NCBI RefSeq assembly: GCF_000281045.1
Contig: NW_008246097.1
Coordinates: forward strand, 172,530-236,529
Origin: Saprolegnia diclina VS20
Lineage: Eukaryota
Direction: 5' to 3'
DNA length: 64,000 nucleotides
Below the pieces are notes generated by a model that saw only the letters and a program-made list of their open reading frames with translations, was not told where the DNA came from and did no database searches. A program made the translations under genes and the position numbers. This document shows, in pieces, positions 23,662 through 34,525 of this stretch (positions are counted from its first letter, which is position 1; every line of letters begins with the position of its first letter).

Positions 23662-25241
23662 TCAAAACTCGGTGGTCGCCGCGCCGACTTGGACCTCGTC
23701 GTCGTCCTCGAGGTAGAACGTCCCAAGCGCCTGTTGGAAGATGCGAATCGCGCCGTCCGTGTCGCCCCGCGCGTGCAAGATCTTGCCGAGCAGGGTCAGC
23801 ACCGGTCCGTTCTGCCCGGACGGGTTCATCTTGAGCACCTGTGGGGCCCGATCAGCGGTCTCGATTTCGTATGAATATGTACCCGTCGCGCAGCTGCCTC
23901 GGCTTCCTTGTCCGAGTTGACACTGTGCAGCGATCGGGCGAGCGCCAGCCACACTTTCGGGTCGTGCTCGTGGACAGCAAGGCTTTTGCGGAGCTCGACA
24001 ATCGCACTCGAGTGCTCTTCCTTCTCGGCGAGCGCGCTGCCTACGACAAGCAGAATGTCCTTCCACCGCCAGCAGACAGTGTGAGTACCGAGCAGAAAAT
24101 GCGTCTGCGCGAGATCCACATGAGTCGAGGACTTGTCCTACACGGTGCCATGAGACGACGATGGGTCTCGCAAGACGGCGTACGCTGATCGAGGACCCAG
24201 TGGTCGAGAGCGTCGACGACCGCAACCGCTCGATGCTGCTGTCCACGTGCCGGCGCGAGTGCTGCAGGTACCGCGTCTCGACGTTGGCATGTTCGATGCT
24301 CTCGATGAGTTCGTGCTTTCGGACTTCAAGGTCTTCGGCCGACCCTTCCTCGAGGCTGTTGAGGCGCGGCGCGGTTCGAATCCTGGTGCAATGTATCAAG
24401 ATAGTATCAAGTCAACTTGATACAAATACCGCGGAATCGCCTTGGAGGGCAAAAGCGGCATGGCAAAGTCCATGGTGGAGTCGGCTTCGAGGAGCACGGG
24501 CGTTGTGCTGCGGCGCGGCGGCGGCTTGAGCATCGACATGGTCGTGTGGGACCGCGCGCGCGATGGCGTCGGCGGCTCTTGGCTCTGGCGGTGCGACGCC
24601 GCGTCAAAGCAGGTCGTGCACACGCGCTGGGGCACGGTAATGCCGAGGTACGGCAGCGGAATGCGCTTGTTCGAGTGCGCGCTGCACACTGAGACGCCGC
24701 ACGCGCGGCAGTGGTGTCTCGCCCGGAACGTGCTAAAGCGAATGTGGCAGACGTGGCACGCCTTCTCCTGCTTCCAGCGCGGCGGCAGCGTGGTCTCGGA
24801 CACGAGCGCCGAGGCTTGCCGCCTTGGTTCAAGGCCCGATGCGATGCGGTACGCGTTCTCGTGCTCTAACAGCCAAATGTACGCCGGCGACTGGACCTTC
24901 TCCGCGAGATCGACCGGCGTCTCGTCGGTCGGCGTGTTGACGATGAGCGCGTCGGGGTAGGCTGTGATGAGCCGGAGGAGGATCGCGTCTTCGACCTTGG
25001 CTTTAACCGCAATGTGCAGCGGCAAAAGGCCGCCCTTGTTGATGCGCATCGCAGCCGCTTCGTACGCGTCGAGGAGCGCGTCAATGGCGGCGACCGAGAC
25101 CGAGCCATCTGTGCACGCCCAGTGCAGCGCGAGCATGCCAAAGTCGTCGCACTCGCGCGCCACGTGCTTCTGCTCGGCGAGGAGGTCGACCAGCGCCGAC
25201 CACTGCGACCGCTCGGCCAGCTCGATCGCGGCGCGGGGCAT
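23662..25241 (-). CDS. Ankyrin-like repeat + FYVE zinc finger + coiled coil + TPR protein (one multi-exon gene)
   Basis: GMLALHWAC and GLLPLHIAV ankyrin-like motifs; FYVE motif CHVC..RHHCRACG..VC..RVCTTC. A 47-nt GT-AG intron (24383-24429) joins IPR|IRTAPR in frame to downstream exons with TPR-like helices (LLGKILHARGDTDGAIRIFQQAL). Confidence 0.78.
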
Positions 25242-25318
25242 GGCCGTCAATCTTCTGTGTCAATGTATTGTGAATCAAGGCAGTTCGCTTCTCGATAGAA
25301 ACCGAGTCCGGCGTTTCT

Positions 25319-25425
25319 GATTGGTCGTTTTGTTTTCCAGGAACCAATCAGAGGCGCGGACCGTAAGGCCAGTGTTGATGCCGCGCGTCGGATTGGTCCA
25401 AAAGCGTCGAGCGGGGCGATTGGTG
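25319..25425. promoter_or_regulatory. Cluster of CCAAT boxes upstream of the ankyrin-FYVE-TPR gene
   Basis: Four GATTGG/CCAATC motifs within about 105 nt. Similar clusters precede ARL1 (10450-10495) and RPL7A (55420-55480). Confidence 0.45.
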
Positions 25426-25726
25426 AGATGGTGCGTAGTCAGTCTCGCCAAGCCCACGTCCACGAGGCGCCGACGACGATCGACAAGGCGTGCGTGCGTG
25501 CGTGCTTTGCCCCTGCTGCTCGGTGGCACGCCTGGCCTGGCGTGCCTCGTCCCAATAGAGATATATGAGACCAAATCGTAACTTAGTTGGTACAACTAAG
25601 CTCTTATTGTTATAATATCAAGAGCTCTATCAAGTACGGAGTATCGAGTTTGATTGGAGATCAAATATTATCCACGCGATCGACTCGAGTGTCAAGTGTA
25701 CACTAATAGCAGCTAAAGTACGGTTC

Positions 25727-28224
25727 TTACGGCGACGACGACGGTATCGATTGCAGCGGCTCTAACGCTGCTGCCTTTTCCCGCCCGAGGCTCATGACTT
25801 TGGACGATTGCGTCGAGAGGACTGGCGGCGGCTCGCTCTCGTCAATGATGCCCATGCTCGGATCCGTCATCGACATGATGCGACTGTCGTGGCCGCCAAG
25901 CTCCTAGTCGACCAACTATCAGTTGTGCTAGTCGTTGGTGCATATAGAAAGCTATTGCCTTGGCAATGTCGGGCAGCATCGCGTGCTTGAAGTCGTCGTC
26001 GCGAGTGCTCCACCACTCGCGGTTCTCGAGCAGCGTGCGGTAGCCCTCGTCCTTGACCTGCTCGCTAATGTTGCTCCAAACGTGGAAGAGCGGCGTCACG
26101 ACAAAGTCGGCAAACCCGACTTGCATCTTCTTGAGCGAAATCGTGACGCGGTCCATGAACGGCGACACGACAAGCCCGAGCGCCTTCTCCTTGTCGCCTT
26201 GGAGGAAGAACTCCTCGACGACACGGTCCGTCCAGCGCACCATCGTGATGCGCATCTTTGCGGGGTTGGAGACGTCGGACGTGTGCAGAATCATCTTCAT
26301 CAGCAGCTTCTTGTCCCTACCACAGAGCGAGTCGCAACGCATGACAAAAACAAGTCGCGTACCCGGCCGACTTGATGTCGACGGCGTCGTCCGGCGTGGC
26401 CGGCATGATCGTCGCCTTGAAGAGCGCGACGTCTTCAAAGTGCTTGGCCATGTCCGTGCCCAGCACCATCTGAATCACCATGTCCCGCGCGTACCTAATG
26501 CACCCATGACAACCTTGTGTGTTGCGACAAGTAAGAGACTTGAAGTCGTCGGGCGCGAGGTTCTGGAACATATTGCAGCTTGTCGCCTTCATCGTCAAGA
26601 ACGTCTGCGCCACGTGGTAGTTTTCGAGCACGGCTGTGTCGTTGTAGCGAATCGCGAGCTCGGACCCTACCCCTCCCCTGTCACCCCAACAAACCGTGAC
26701 GTATTGGCGTACCGGTCGCAATGTGGAAGCCGTTGTTGAAGCCGTCGTGCTTGTAGTCGTGGATGCTGGCAGCGAGCAATAGCAACGTCTTGTCGAGCGG
26801 CCGTAGAAAGCCCGCGATCGACGCGCGGCAGCTAAAGTAGTAGGACGTCTGCATCACGTCGGCGGCGTGGATCGCGTTGTGGTAAGGGTTGGTAAGAATA
26901 TAGCCCTTCTGAATCTCTAACAGGAACGCAGCGAGGACGCGGCCTTCGATCTTGAGCGTGTCTTGCGCCATGTCGTGGAGAAGGTAGTACCCCATATGCG
27001 AGAGCGCATTGCCGCGCGTCACATCTAATCATGGGCATCGTTGAGCGTTCAATCATGTCACGAGAAGCGTACGGTGGACGTGGAAGACGTCAAAGTCCCA
27101 CTCGCTCACAGACGTCATGAGCGTATTGAACTCGGCGCGGCTGTGCTCGGTGAGCGGGAAGAGGTCGTGGGTGCTGGACGACTGCATGCGCAAGAGCGGC
27201 GGCACCTGCCGACCGCCTTTCCCATCGTCGTCGACGGTGCCATTGTTGCCGCGCGGCGTCGACGGATTCTGCGCATTGTCCCCGAGGACGTTGTCGTTCT
27301 TCTTGAGCAGCACGTTGCGGAGGTAGTTTTGCGTATCGGCGTCGATGTTTTGGCCCTGGATCAAGTGCTCGCTGGCGTCGTAGAGCTTGTTGCTTTTGAT
27401 CACGTAGATCGCATAGTCGAGCTCGTCGTGCGTTGTCGGCTTGATCGCCGGGTGGAACCGCAGCTCGTTGAGACACGCAAGGACCATTTCGAGCGGCGAC
27501 TGGAGGCCGTGATTGCCGCGGTGTGCAAACTGAATCGCTTTCGAGCGCTGCTTGATGCGCTCAAACACCACGAGGAGCCGAAAGATGCGAAGAATGATGC
27601 GCAGCCGGAGCAGCGAGACCACGAGCTTGGACTGGTTGTGCGAGCTGGTCGTGACGCTGATGATGCCCAGCACGAACGACCCGATGACGACGATCGCGTC
27701 AAATAGGTTCCAAAACCCCTTGAGTATGTTGGTGCCAAAGCCAACGAGGCGGAGGCCCAATTCGAGCATGAGGAGCGACCCGACGACCAAGTCGACGTAG
27801 TTGAAGATCGGCTGGTACTGGTCGTCCGGGTTCTCGGCGTCGTGCTCTGCAAACGTATCGGAGAAGGCGATTTGCACCAGCTACATGCCATGAAATCGCG
27901 TCGACGTACGAGGTTGACGTACCACAAAGATGCCGTACGTGATGACGAGCGTGATGAAGAAGAACTCGACCTTGATGTTCATCATGAAGCTGCCGACGCG
28001 CGCGCGCCGCCTAGACCACACCATGACCATCAACATCCAAGACGACAAGTGCCCAAGAAGTACTTGTCCATCCATTTGGCGCGCGGTGGCTGCTTGACGC
28101 GGACACCGCCGCGCCGGGCGCCTGTGGCCTCAAGGGCCTTTTGCAGCGGGAGCGAGTCGGACGGCACGACCGACCGCGCGCCGGGCTTGGCCATCATGCG
28201 TGGCGACTTGACGCTCACGCTCAT
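25727..28224 (-). CDS. Voltage-sensor domain (S1-S4) fused to a class I 3',5'-cyclic nucleotide phosphodiesterase (about 8 exons)
   Basis: VSD: S2 YVDLVVGSLLMLELGLRLVGFG, S3 FWNLFDAIVVIGSF, S4 LLRLRIILRIFRLL. PDE: WDFDVF, YHNAIHAADV, HDYKHDG, LENYH, GTDMAKHF, HTSDVSNPAK, EEFFLQGD, QVGF. Predicted introns 28011-28063, 27881-27922, 27025-27072, three more within the PDE, and a probable GC-AG intron at 25904-25958. Confidence 0.88.
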
Positions 28225-28324
28225 CGCGGTGGCGCCAACGTCCAAGCGCAAATAGAAAGCTCCCTGTCTAAACAGGCGGCGAAACTCCTCCTATTCTTAG
28301 CACTGACACAACTTCGTCAACTAA

Positions 28325-30257
28325 CTAGTAGCCGAGTAAAAGGCACTCGGGAGCAAGCCGCGCGCAGCGGCTTCGTCGAGCTGCTCGATGCACGGGCGAC
28401 ACGTAATGTAGGTCGCGTTGGGCAGATCCGCTGGCGCCGGTCCGAGAACCACCGCCGTCCGGGGCACGTGCTTCTACGCGTCGCCGAATGACACAACGTA
28501 TCGCCAAATGCTGGGTGGCACCTCGCAGTAGGCCGCGACGCAGAAGCGGCAGCAGTGCGTCGTTGGCGCCGAGCACTTGAAGCAAAAGTGGCGGGGGCAG
28601 CGCCAGAGACCTTTGTCTGGTATCGCACTCCCGAGACAATCTAGCGATCGATGACGCAAGGCAGAGGAGGAGGTCGGATGAATACCGGGGTGGTAGACTT
28701 TGGGGCAGCGCACGGCGCCCTTGTGTTTTCTATACAGAGATTAGGCGGCTCGCAGCCTACGAGACGTACGCGACGTGGTCACACTCAATGAGGACGCCGC
28801 CGTCCTTGCAGCAGAAGCACGAGTCTTCCGAGATGAGGGGCACCTTGGTGGCTTCGCGCTGTACGAGCATCGTCGCGTAGCTCACCGTGTACGTGAGCGC
28901 GTCCGTGGGGTCGACGAGGACGACGCCCATCGCCTTGGCCTTGGGCCTACATTGCTCTGTTGCCTCTAACATCGTGGAAAGAACGCACGTGATTGCAACT
29001 GAGGCAAAGGAGGGCAGGACGCAGGACGCGCACTGCCACTTGGTAGTCGCCTCGGACGACAACGTGCCCATGAGGTCTTGGCACGGGTCGCAGAACTCGC
29101 GCTTGCACGTGCTGCAGCGCAATGGCGTCTCGTCGAGGCCACCACAGAGCGTGCAGAACGGCGCCGACCCTTCTTGGCTTGCACGAAGCGTATCCAGACA
29201 CGACGCACAGAGCGAAAGCGGCTGCCCGTGCGTGTTCTACTCGGTCGAGAGACGTCGAACCGTCGGCATCACTCGGGTGGTCGCACCTGGAGGACAGACG
29301 GGTGTGGCACCACATCATCCTTGGAGGTGCACACGACGCAGGTAAGCAGCTGTCTACGGGAGCATGCGGGCTCAAGAGCTTGGTGTCATTGGGGACGCAC
29401 CGTGGTTGCTGGCAGGCCGCGCACGAACAGTCGTGGGCGCAGAGCCGGCAATGATACCGAACCGTGCCCGAGACGAACGCTGCCTCGTTTTGGCCAAAGT
29501 GCGTTTGCATGCAAGTCGCACAGAACGTATGGCGAGCGTCTCCGTTGGGGCAGTGGAACACAGCACGGTCTTGCCTACAGCGTCTTGGCGCATGAGATTT
29601 GCACGTTCGTTCGGCCCTGTGAGAGCGTACGCGAGATGACAGAGGTGGCAGACGCGCCGAGCATGGTTGGCGCTACAACACGTCGTAACGGGGATACAAA
29701 ACGCAGCTAAGGTACCTTCCGGGCTGGGTGATGCACTGGAGGTTGAAGGTGCGATTGTCGCTGGTCGCATCGTGGCGCGGCTGCTTCTTCCGTGCGCGCA
29801 CGGGCTCGTCGCGTACACGCTTGGTTGCATTCTTCTCCTTGCGATCTTCGGTCGCGATGATGGACGTCATGACGCTGGCGCACGTCGCGTAGTGTTTGGC
29901 GTCGAGGCTGTGCTGGAGAAGCGCGAGCTGTTCTTGGCGGCGAATGGACGCGACCGCGCGCTCCACCTCGGCGAACGCAAAGGCCGCGTCGAAGCGGAAG
30001 CAGTGCACGGCCGTCTCGTCCGCGTGCCAAAACATCGCACCGGCTTCAAGCGTCACGTCGGCGAGGCGCGCGATGCTGTAGAGCTGCTTCGTCGCCGGGT
30101 CCTGGAAGAGCGCCTTGGCGTCGACGGTTCCCGATGCGTCGATCTCGGACGGCGCAATGCGCTCGATCACAAGGACGAGCTCGCAGGCCGCTGCGACGGC
30201 GCGGAAGCCTGGGGCCGCGTCGCGCCGACGCTCGAGGAGCGTTCCGCGGAAACCCAT
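28325..30257 (-). CDS. Chromatin-reader zinc-finger protein (zf-4CXXC_R1-like + PHD + NSD-type C5HCH-like), multi-exon
   Basis: FCATCM..HCRLCAHDCSCAAC; CFCCKDGGVLIECD..CPKVYH..WRCPRHFCFKC..CRFCVAAYC. Confidence 0.7.
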
Positions 30258-30967
30258 TTTGGTGGTCGACGCAATTAAAACGCGGTGAGCAGAATCTGTT
30301 TAAACGCGCTTTTATAGATGGGCAAAAGAGGTTTTACGGGTTCAAACCAGTGGTGCACGTAGACAAATTTGCGTCCCGTTTCTCAAGGAGGCTGCAACTC
30401 GTGCTGGCCAGCGGTCCAGCGCAGCACTATGTAGCGATGCAGCACGACAACAGCCCCGAGCTAATGCCAAGGATGCCACAACGATACCGGTACTTAGTTG
30501 GGGGTTGAAGGGTTAAGCTTTCTCCGTGCCACACGGTACGTACTGCTGGCCATCACGAGAGCTACCAGCCAGACGAATCGTGGACTTACGTTGGTGCTTT
30601 CGCTTTGTAGCTACTGTACCGGTATGCACGCTGGCTACACAAGCTTTCTGCTCGTGTTGTTAGGCGGCAACCGAGTGGACCTAAAACGTAATATGACGCC
30701 TTTCTTCAAATCACGTTAAAGCATATTTCCGGATCCGGATGCGACGGTGCGATCCTTCCGGCGTGGCTGACGTCCAGCATGAGGTCCAGCGCGGCGCCTT
30801 GAGGGCCTCGGGCGCATCCCAGATCGTAGCTCTCGCGCAGCTCGTAGCTGCTTCTTGTGCGTGGGCTTGGTGCATGGGATACGCATACTGGCGCTAAAGT
30901 TGGCAAATGTGACCAGGGCCCACTTGACCCATGCGTCGGTGGTATCTGGTTCTCAGAGTCGATTCGC

Positions 30968-33115
30968 ATGAGCGCTACTACGAGCATGAATATCCCCAAG
31001 GGCTTTGCACAGCTGCCGGCGGACTTTCTGCCGGCGTACCGACGCCTCCAGATCGTCAATGCCATCGGGTACGCCATCCTCGCGCTTGTGTGCACATCGC
31101 TCATTGTGCACTTGCGCCGGCACCGCGCGACCGCCTACTCGGGCGACGACGGCGCGACACGCAAGCTCATTCTGCCGTCGTTCGAGCCGCTCTTACGGAC
31201 GATCGCCATCACGTCGCTCGTGCTCGGCCTCTACTTTACAGTCGTGGCCATTGTCAACTTTACCGGTGCGCTCGGGTCGGGCGTCGCGCTCCAAGCGCTC
31301 TTCCAAGGCCGGCAGGCGCTCAACCACTTTATCGTGCTCTTCTTCAGCCAGCGCAGCGTCTCGAAGCGGGCGCTGCGGCGCGCCGGTGCGATCGCGCTCG
31401 GGCTCATGACGCCGCCGCTCGCGATGGCCACGGCGTTTACGTTTCTCGACACGCCAAGCACGACGCGGTACATTGCGCAGTCCATCTACTCGGGGCTTCT
31501 CGCCTTTGGCTACGTGTACATTGCGATCTTCCCGCTCTCGCGCGCGTCGCCGCGGGTGTGGCGCGAGTTTGCGGGCTTTGTCTTGGTCTATTACATAGCG
31601 CTTGGGATTCAATCGTACCTCTTTTTCCGCGACAACATGGGCGTCGGCGCGACCTTCCTCGTGGTCATGCTCGTGTGGGACACGCTATTGCCGTACTTTC
31701 TATGGCGGCTCTTACGCGCCGACACGGAGCACTGGCGCGGCCTCGGGCAGCGCGCGGTCTCGCTTACGCGCGAGCGCACGACGACCGTGCTCCACGAAGC
31801 CGTCTCGAGCGAGGGCCTCCACGTACTCTTGGAGCTGCATGAACATCACGTCGTCGACTTTGCGCACCTCAAGGTCGACGACTGCATCGGCGGCGGCCTT
31901 GCCTCGACTGTGCACCGGGGCACCCTCTTTGCCAAGTGGCCGGTCGCGATCAAGGTGTTTACGCCGCCCGAGATCTCGCAGGCGGCCGTGCTCGAGTTCT
32001 CACACGAGGCCGCGCTCTGGGCCGCGCTGCAGCACCCGAATATCGTTGCATTTTACGGTATTTGCGTCTCGCCGCCCGCGATTTGCTTTGTGTCGGAGCT
32101 CTGCGTCGGGACCCTCAGCGACGTGTTGAGTGCGCCACCGCCACTGTATCTCGAACCGCTCTGGCCGCAGCTGTGTCTCATGCTGGACGCGGCCCGCGCG
32201 GTCGCGTACCTCCATAGCTTCACCCCGCCTTTCCTCCATCGCGACCTGAAGCCCTCGAGCTTCCTCGTGGGCGAGGAGCATGTGCTCAAGCTCTCTGACT
32301 TTGGCGACGCGCGAAGCGTTGCGACGCGTGAGCGCAGCATGACGGTGCGCGGGACGTTCGACTACATGGCGCCCGAGGTCATTGACGGCGCGCAGGGCCG
32401 CGCGTCGTACGATGACCGCGCCGACGTCTTCAGCTTGGCGATCACGCTCTGGGATATTTGCCACCCGGGCCGAGACAAGTACCCGCTGGGCCACCACAAT
32501 CATTTCCGCGTCTTTGAACTCGTGCTCGACGGCCACCGACCTCCGCTGGACGCGAATCTGCACCCGGCGCTCGCCGATCTTCTTGAGAGTGCGTGGTGTC
32601 CGTCGCCGCTCTACCGCATCTCGGCCGCGACGATTGTGTCGCGCCTGGAGCAGCTCCAGGCGGCGCTGAGTGAAGCGGTGCTGGCGCCGCAGCTGTGCGC
32701 GACACCGGTCGTCGAGGTGACGGGCGACGCGCTCGTTCGCCGCGTTTTGGACGGTCCGTACGCCTTCTCGGCAGCTGAGGCAACGCGGCTCTGCAATGGG
32801 CTCATGGACGGCGGCGTGCTCCACCACTACGTCCACAAGAAGCCCTTTTACAATACCCACTCGAGCGTCTACGTGCTCTCGACGCGATCGCTCACCGACT
32901 TGTGCTCGAGCGAGACGACGACCGTCGTCTGCGACTGCAAGCGACTCGCGCAAGGAAAACACAAACGGCTCGCGACAAAAGCGCCGCACTTGTGGCGGCC
33001 GTGGCGGTCCTGGCGAAGCCCTAGCCCGCTGCGCACGAGGCTACTGAGCCGCGACAGCACGAGCATTTTGCAGGACGATAGTCAAACAACACGCTCCGTC
33101 ATATTGGGGGTCTAA
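30968..33115 (+). CDS. 7TM (GPCR-like)-TKL kinase-DEP protein, copy 1, intronless
   Basis: About seven hydrophobic segments with LLPxFEPL and ADTxxWRG motifs; kinase VAIK, HRDLKPSSF, DFG, GTFDYMAPE; DEP-like ATRLCNGLMDGGVLHH. Confidence 0.88.
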   Translation: MSATTSMNIPKGFAQLPADFLPAYRRLQIVNAIGYAILALVCTSLIVHLRRHRATAYSGDDGATRKLILPSFEPLLRTIAITSLVLGLYFTVVAIVNFTGALGSGVALQALFQGRQALNHFIVLFFSQRSVSKRALRRAGAIALGLMTPPLAMATAFTFLDTPSTTRYIAQSIYSGLLAFGYVYIAIFPLSRASPRVWREFAGFVLVYYIALGIQSYLFFRDNMGVGATFLVVMLVWDTLLPYFLWRLLRADTEHWRGLGQRAVSLTRERTTTVLHEAVSSEGLHVLLELHEHHVVDFAHLKVDDCIGGGLASTVHRGTLFAKWPVAIKVFTPPEISQAAVLEFSHEAALWAALQHPNIVAFYGICVSPPAICFVSELCVGTLSDVLSAPPPLYLEPLWPQLCLMLDAARAVAYLHSFTPPFLHRDLKPSSFLVGEEHVLKLSDFGDARSVATRERSMTVRGTFDYMAPEVIDGAQGRASYDDRADVFSLAITLWDICHPGRDKYPLGHHNHFRVFELVLDGHRPPLDANLHPALADLLESAWCPSPLYRISAATIVSRLEQLQAALSEAVLAPQLCATPVVEVTGDALVRRVLDGPYAFSAAEATRLCNGLMDGGVLHHYVHKKPFYNTHSSVYVLSTRSLTDLCSSETTTVVCDCKRLAQGKHKRLATKAPHLWRPWRSWRSPSPLRTRLLSRDSTSILQDDSQTTRSVILGV

Positions 33116-33277
33116 TCCGCGTTGGTGTCGTAGCGGCGACAGTGCTTTGGTGTAGCGCTGCCAAAGGCGACCTGTAGCAGGCTTGACGACCTCAAGTGGG
33201 CACGGCCGCATAAGATTGGCCTTCGCAGAGACCGGTGCTGGGATCGAACCGCGGTCATTTCAGCAAATGAGGTGCAC

Positions 33278-33421
33278 NNNNNNNNNNNNNNNNNNNNNNN
33301 NNNNNNNNNNNNNNNNNNNNNNNNNNNNNNNNNNNNNNNNNNNNNNNNNNNNNNNNNNNNNNNNNNNNNNNNNNNNNNNNNNNNNNNNNNNNNNNNNNNN
33401 NNNNNNNNNNNNNNNNNNNNN
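33278..33421. other. Assembly gap (N run) flanked by an identical 36-nt sequence
   Basis: gatcgaaccgcggtcatttcagcaaatgaggtgcac occurs at 33242-33277 and 33422-33457. Confidence 0.95.
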
Positions 33422-34525
33422 GATCGAACCGCGGTCATTTCAGCAAATGAGGTGCACGGTTGGAGTATCGGTGGTCAGGAGACGGGCAAAAGAATAATGT
33501 CATCAATTCCTGCAGTAAGAAATGCGCGAGCAAGCTGTACGAGCCACTGTTTTCAGGCAAATACAGCACTTTTCGCAGTCACACTGTGTTCTAATGGTCT
33601 ATAAACAATGTTTAGCAACAATGTTTATACACGTGTGCTTGTACCAGGTACGATCCATTCATACCAACAGATAACGGGCTCCGGCTACAAACGTATGGTC
33701 CTCCTTCATTCGACTTGCGTCGTATTGATGACGAAATGTGCCAATCAAATTGGAATAAGAAAAAGGATATGCACGTTTGTGAAAACCAATGAAAGCCATT
33801 GGTGCAAGCATTTGGCGCGAACCCGCCCGCGTTGGAGCAAGTACTGGCCACACGGGCGGGGGCACTGAACGACGACGACAGCTTGTCGTTGGTTCTTCAT
33901 TTCTCTGTCGCATTTACAGTGCATGCACCCTCGCGTCATTGCAAAGGGTGGGACGGCGCGCTGACACCACGTACCACACAAAAGGCAACGCGGGTCGTGG
34001 CATGTCGCTTGGCGTCGATGAAGAAGGAAAGGTCGCGCGTACTGTTATTCTCGTCGCATTGGCCACACGGCGTCGCGTTGTTGCTTTCGCACGATCGAAG
34101 ACTGCACGAAGATCGCACTACGATCCAATAAGATCCAATAAGATCCGCTCGGCCACATTGCCCTTTTGGAAGTGCAAACTGGTTACTTTTGTCATCACAC
34201 CCACCAATCCTCCCGATTCGATGCTTCAGCTGCAGACGCGCAGCAGATCCGGCGAGACGGCGCTGAAGACCGCGATCTCATCACCGTAATCCGAGTAGCT
34301 CTCGTTTCACGTCAATTGCACGATCCCCGAGAGGCCCAAGCCGCGAACGGCCACCTCAAAAGGTGTGGGTACTACTGTTGCCGGTGATGTGTAGCACAAC
34401 GTGACGCAGTCGCACAGTCGGCCATTCGATGGGCGCACGTTACTTTGCCTACGAACCGCAGGCGGAGGTGGATGCGTTCGCATTGGGTCATAGCTTGCCA
34501 CAATTCAAATTCGACCGTCCACATC

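Noticed and set aside
27053..27975. A stand-alone Hv1 proton channel or truncated ion-channel gene beside a PDE
   Set aside because: The VSD and the start of the PDE domain lie in one stop-free exon, no pore domain follows, and the Hv1 S1 Asp is not evident.
33242..33457. 36-nt direct repeat as a target-site duplication, LTR or CRISPR repeat
   Set aside because: The copies abut both sides of an N gap, which is typical of an unmerged contig overlap; nothing can be inferred about the interior.
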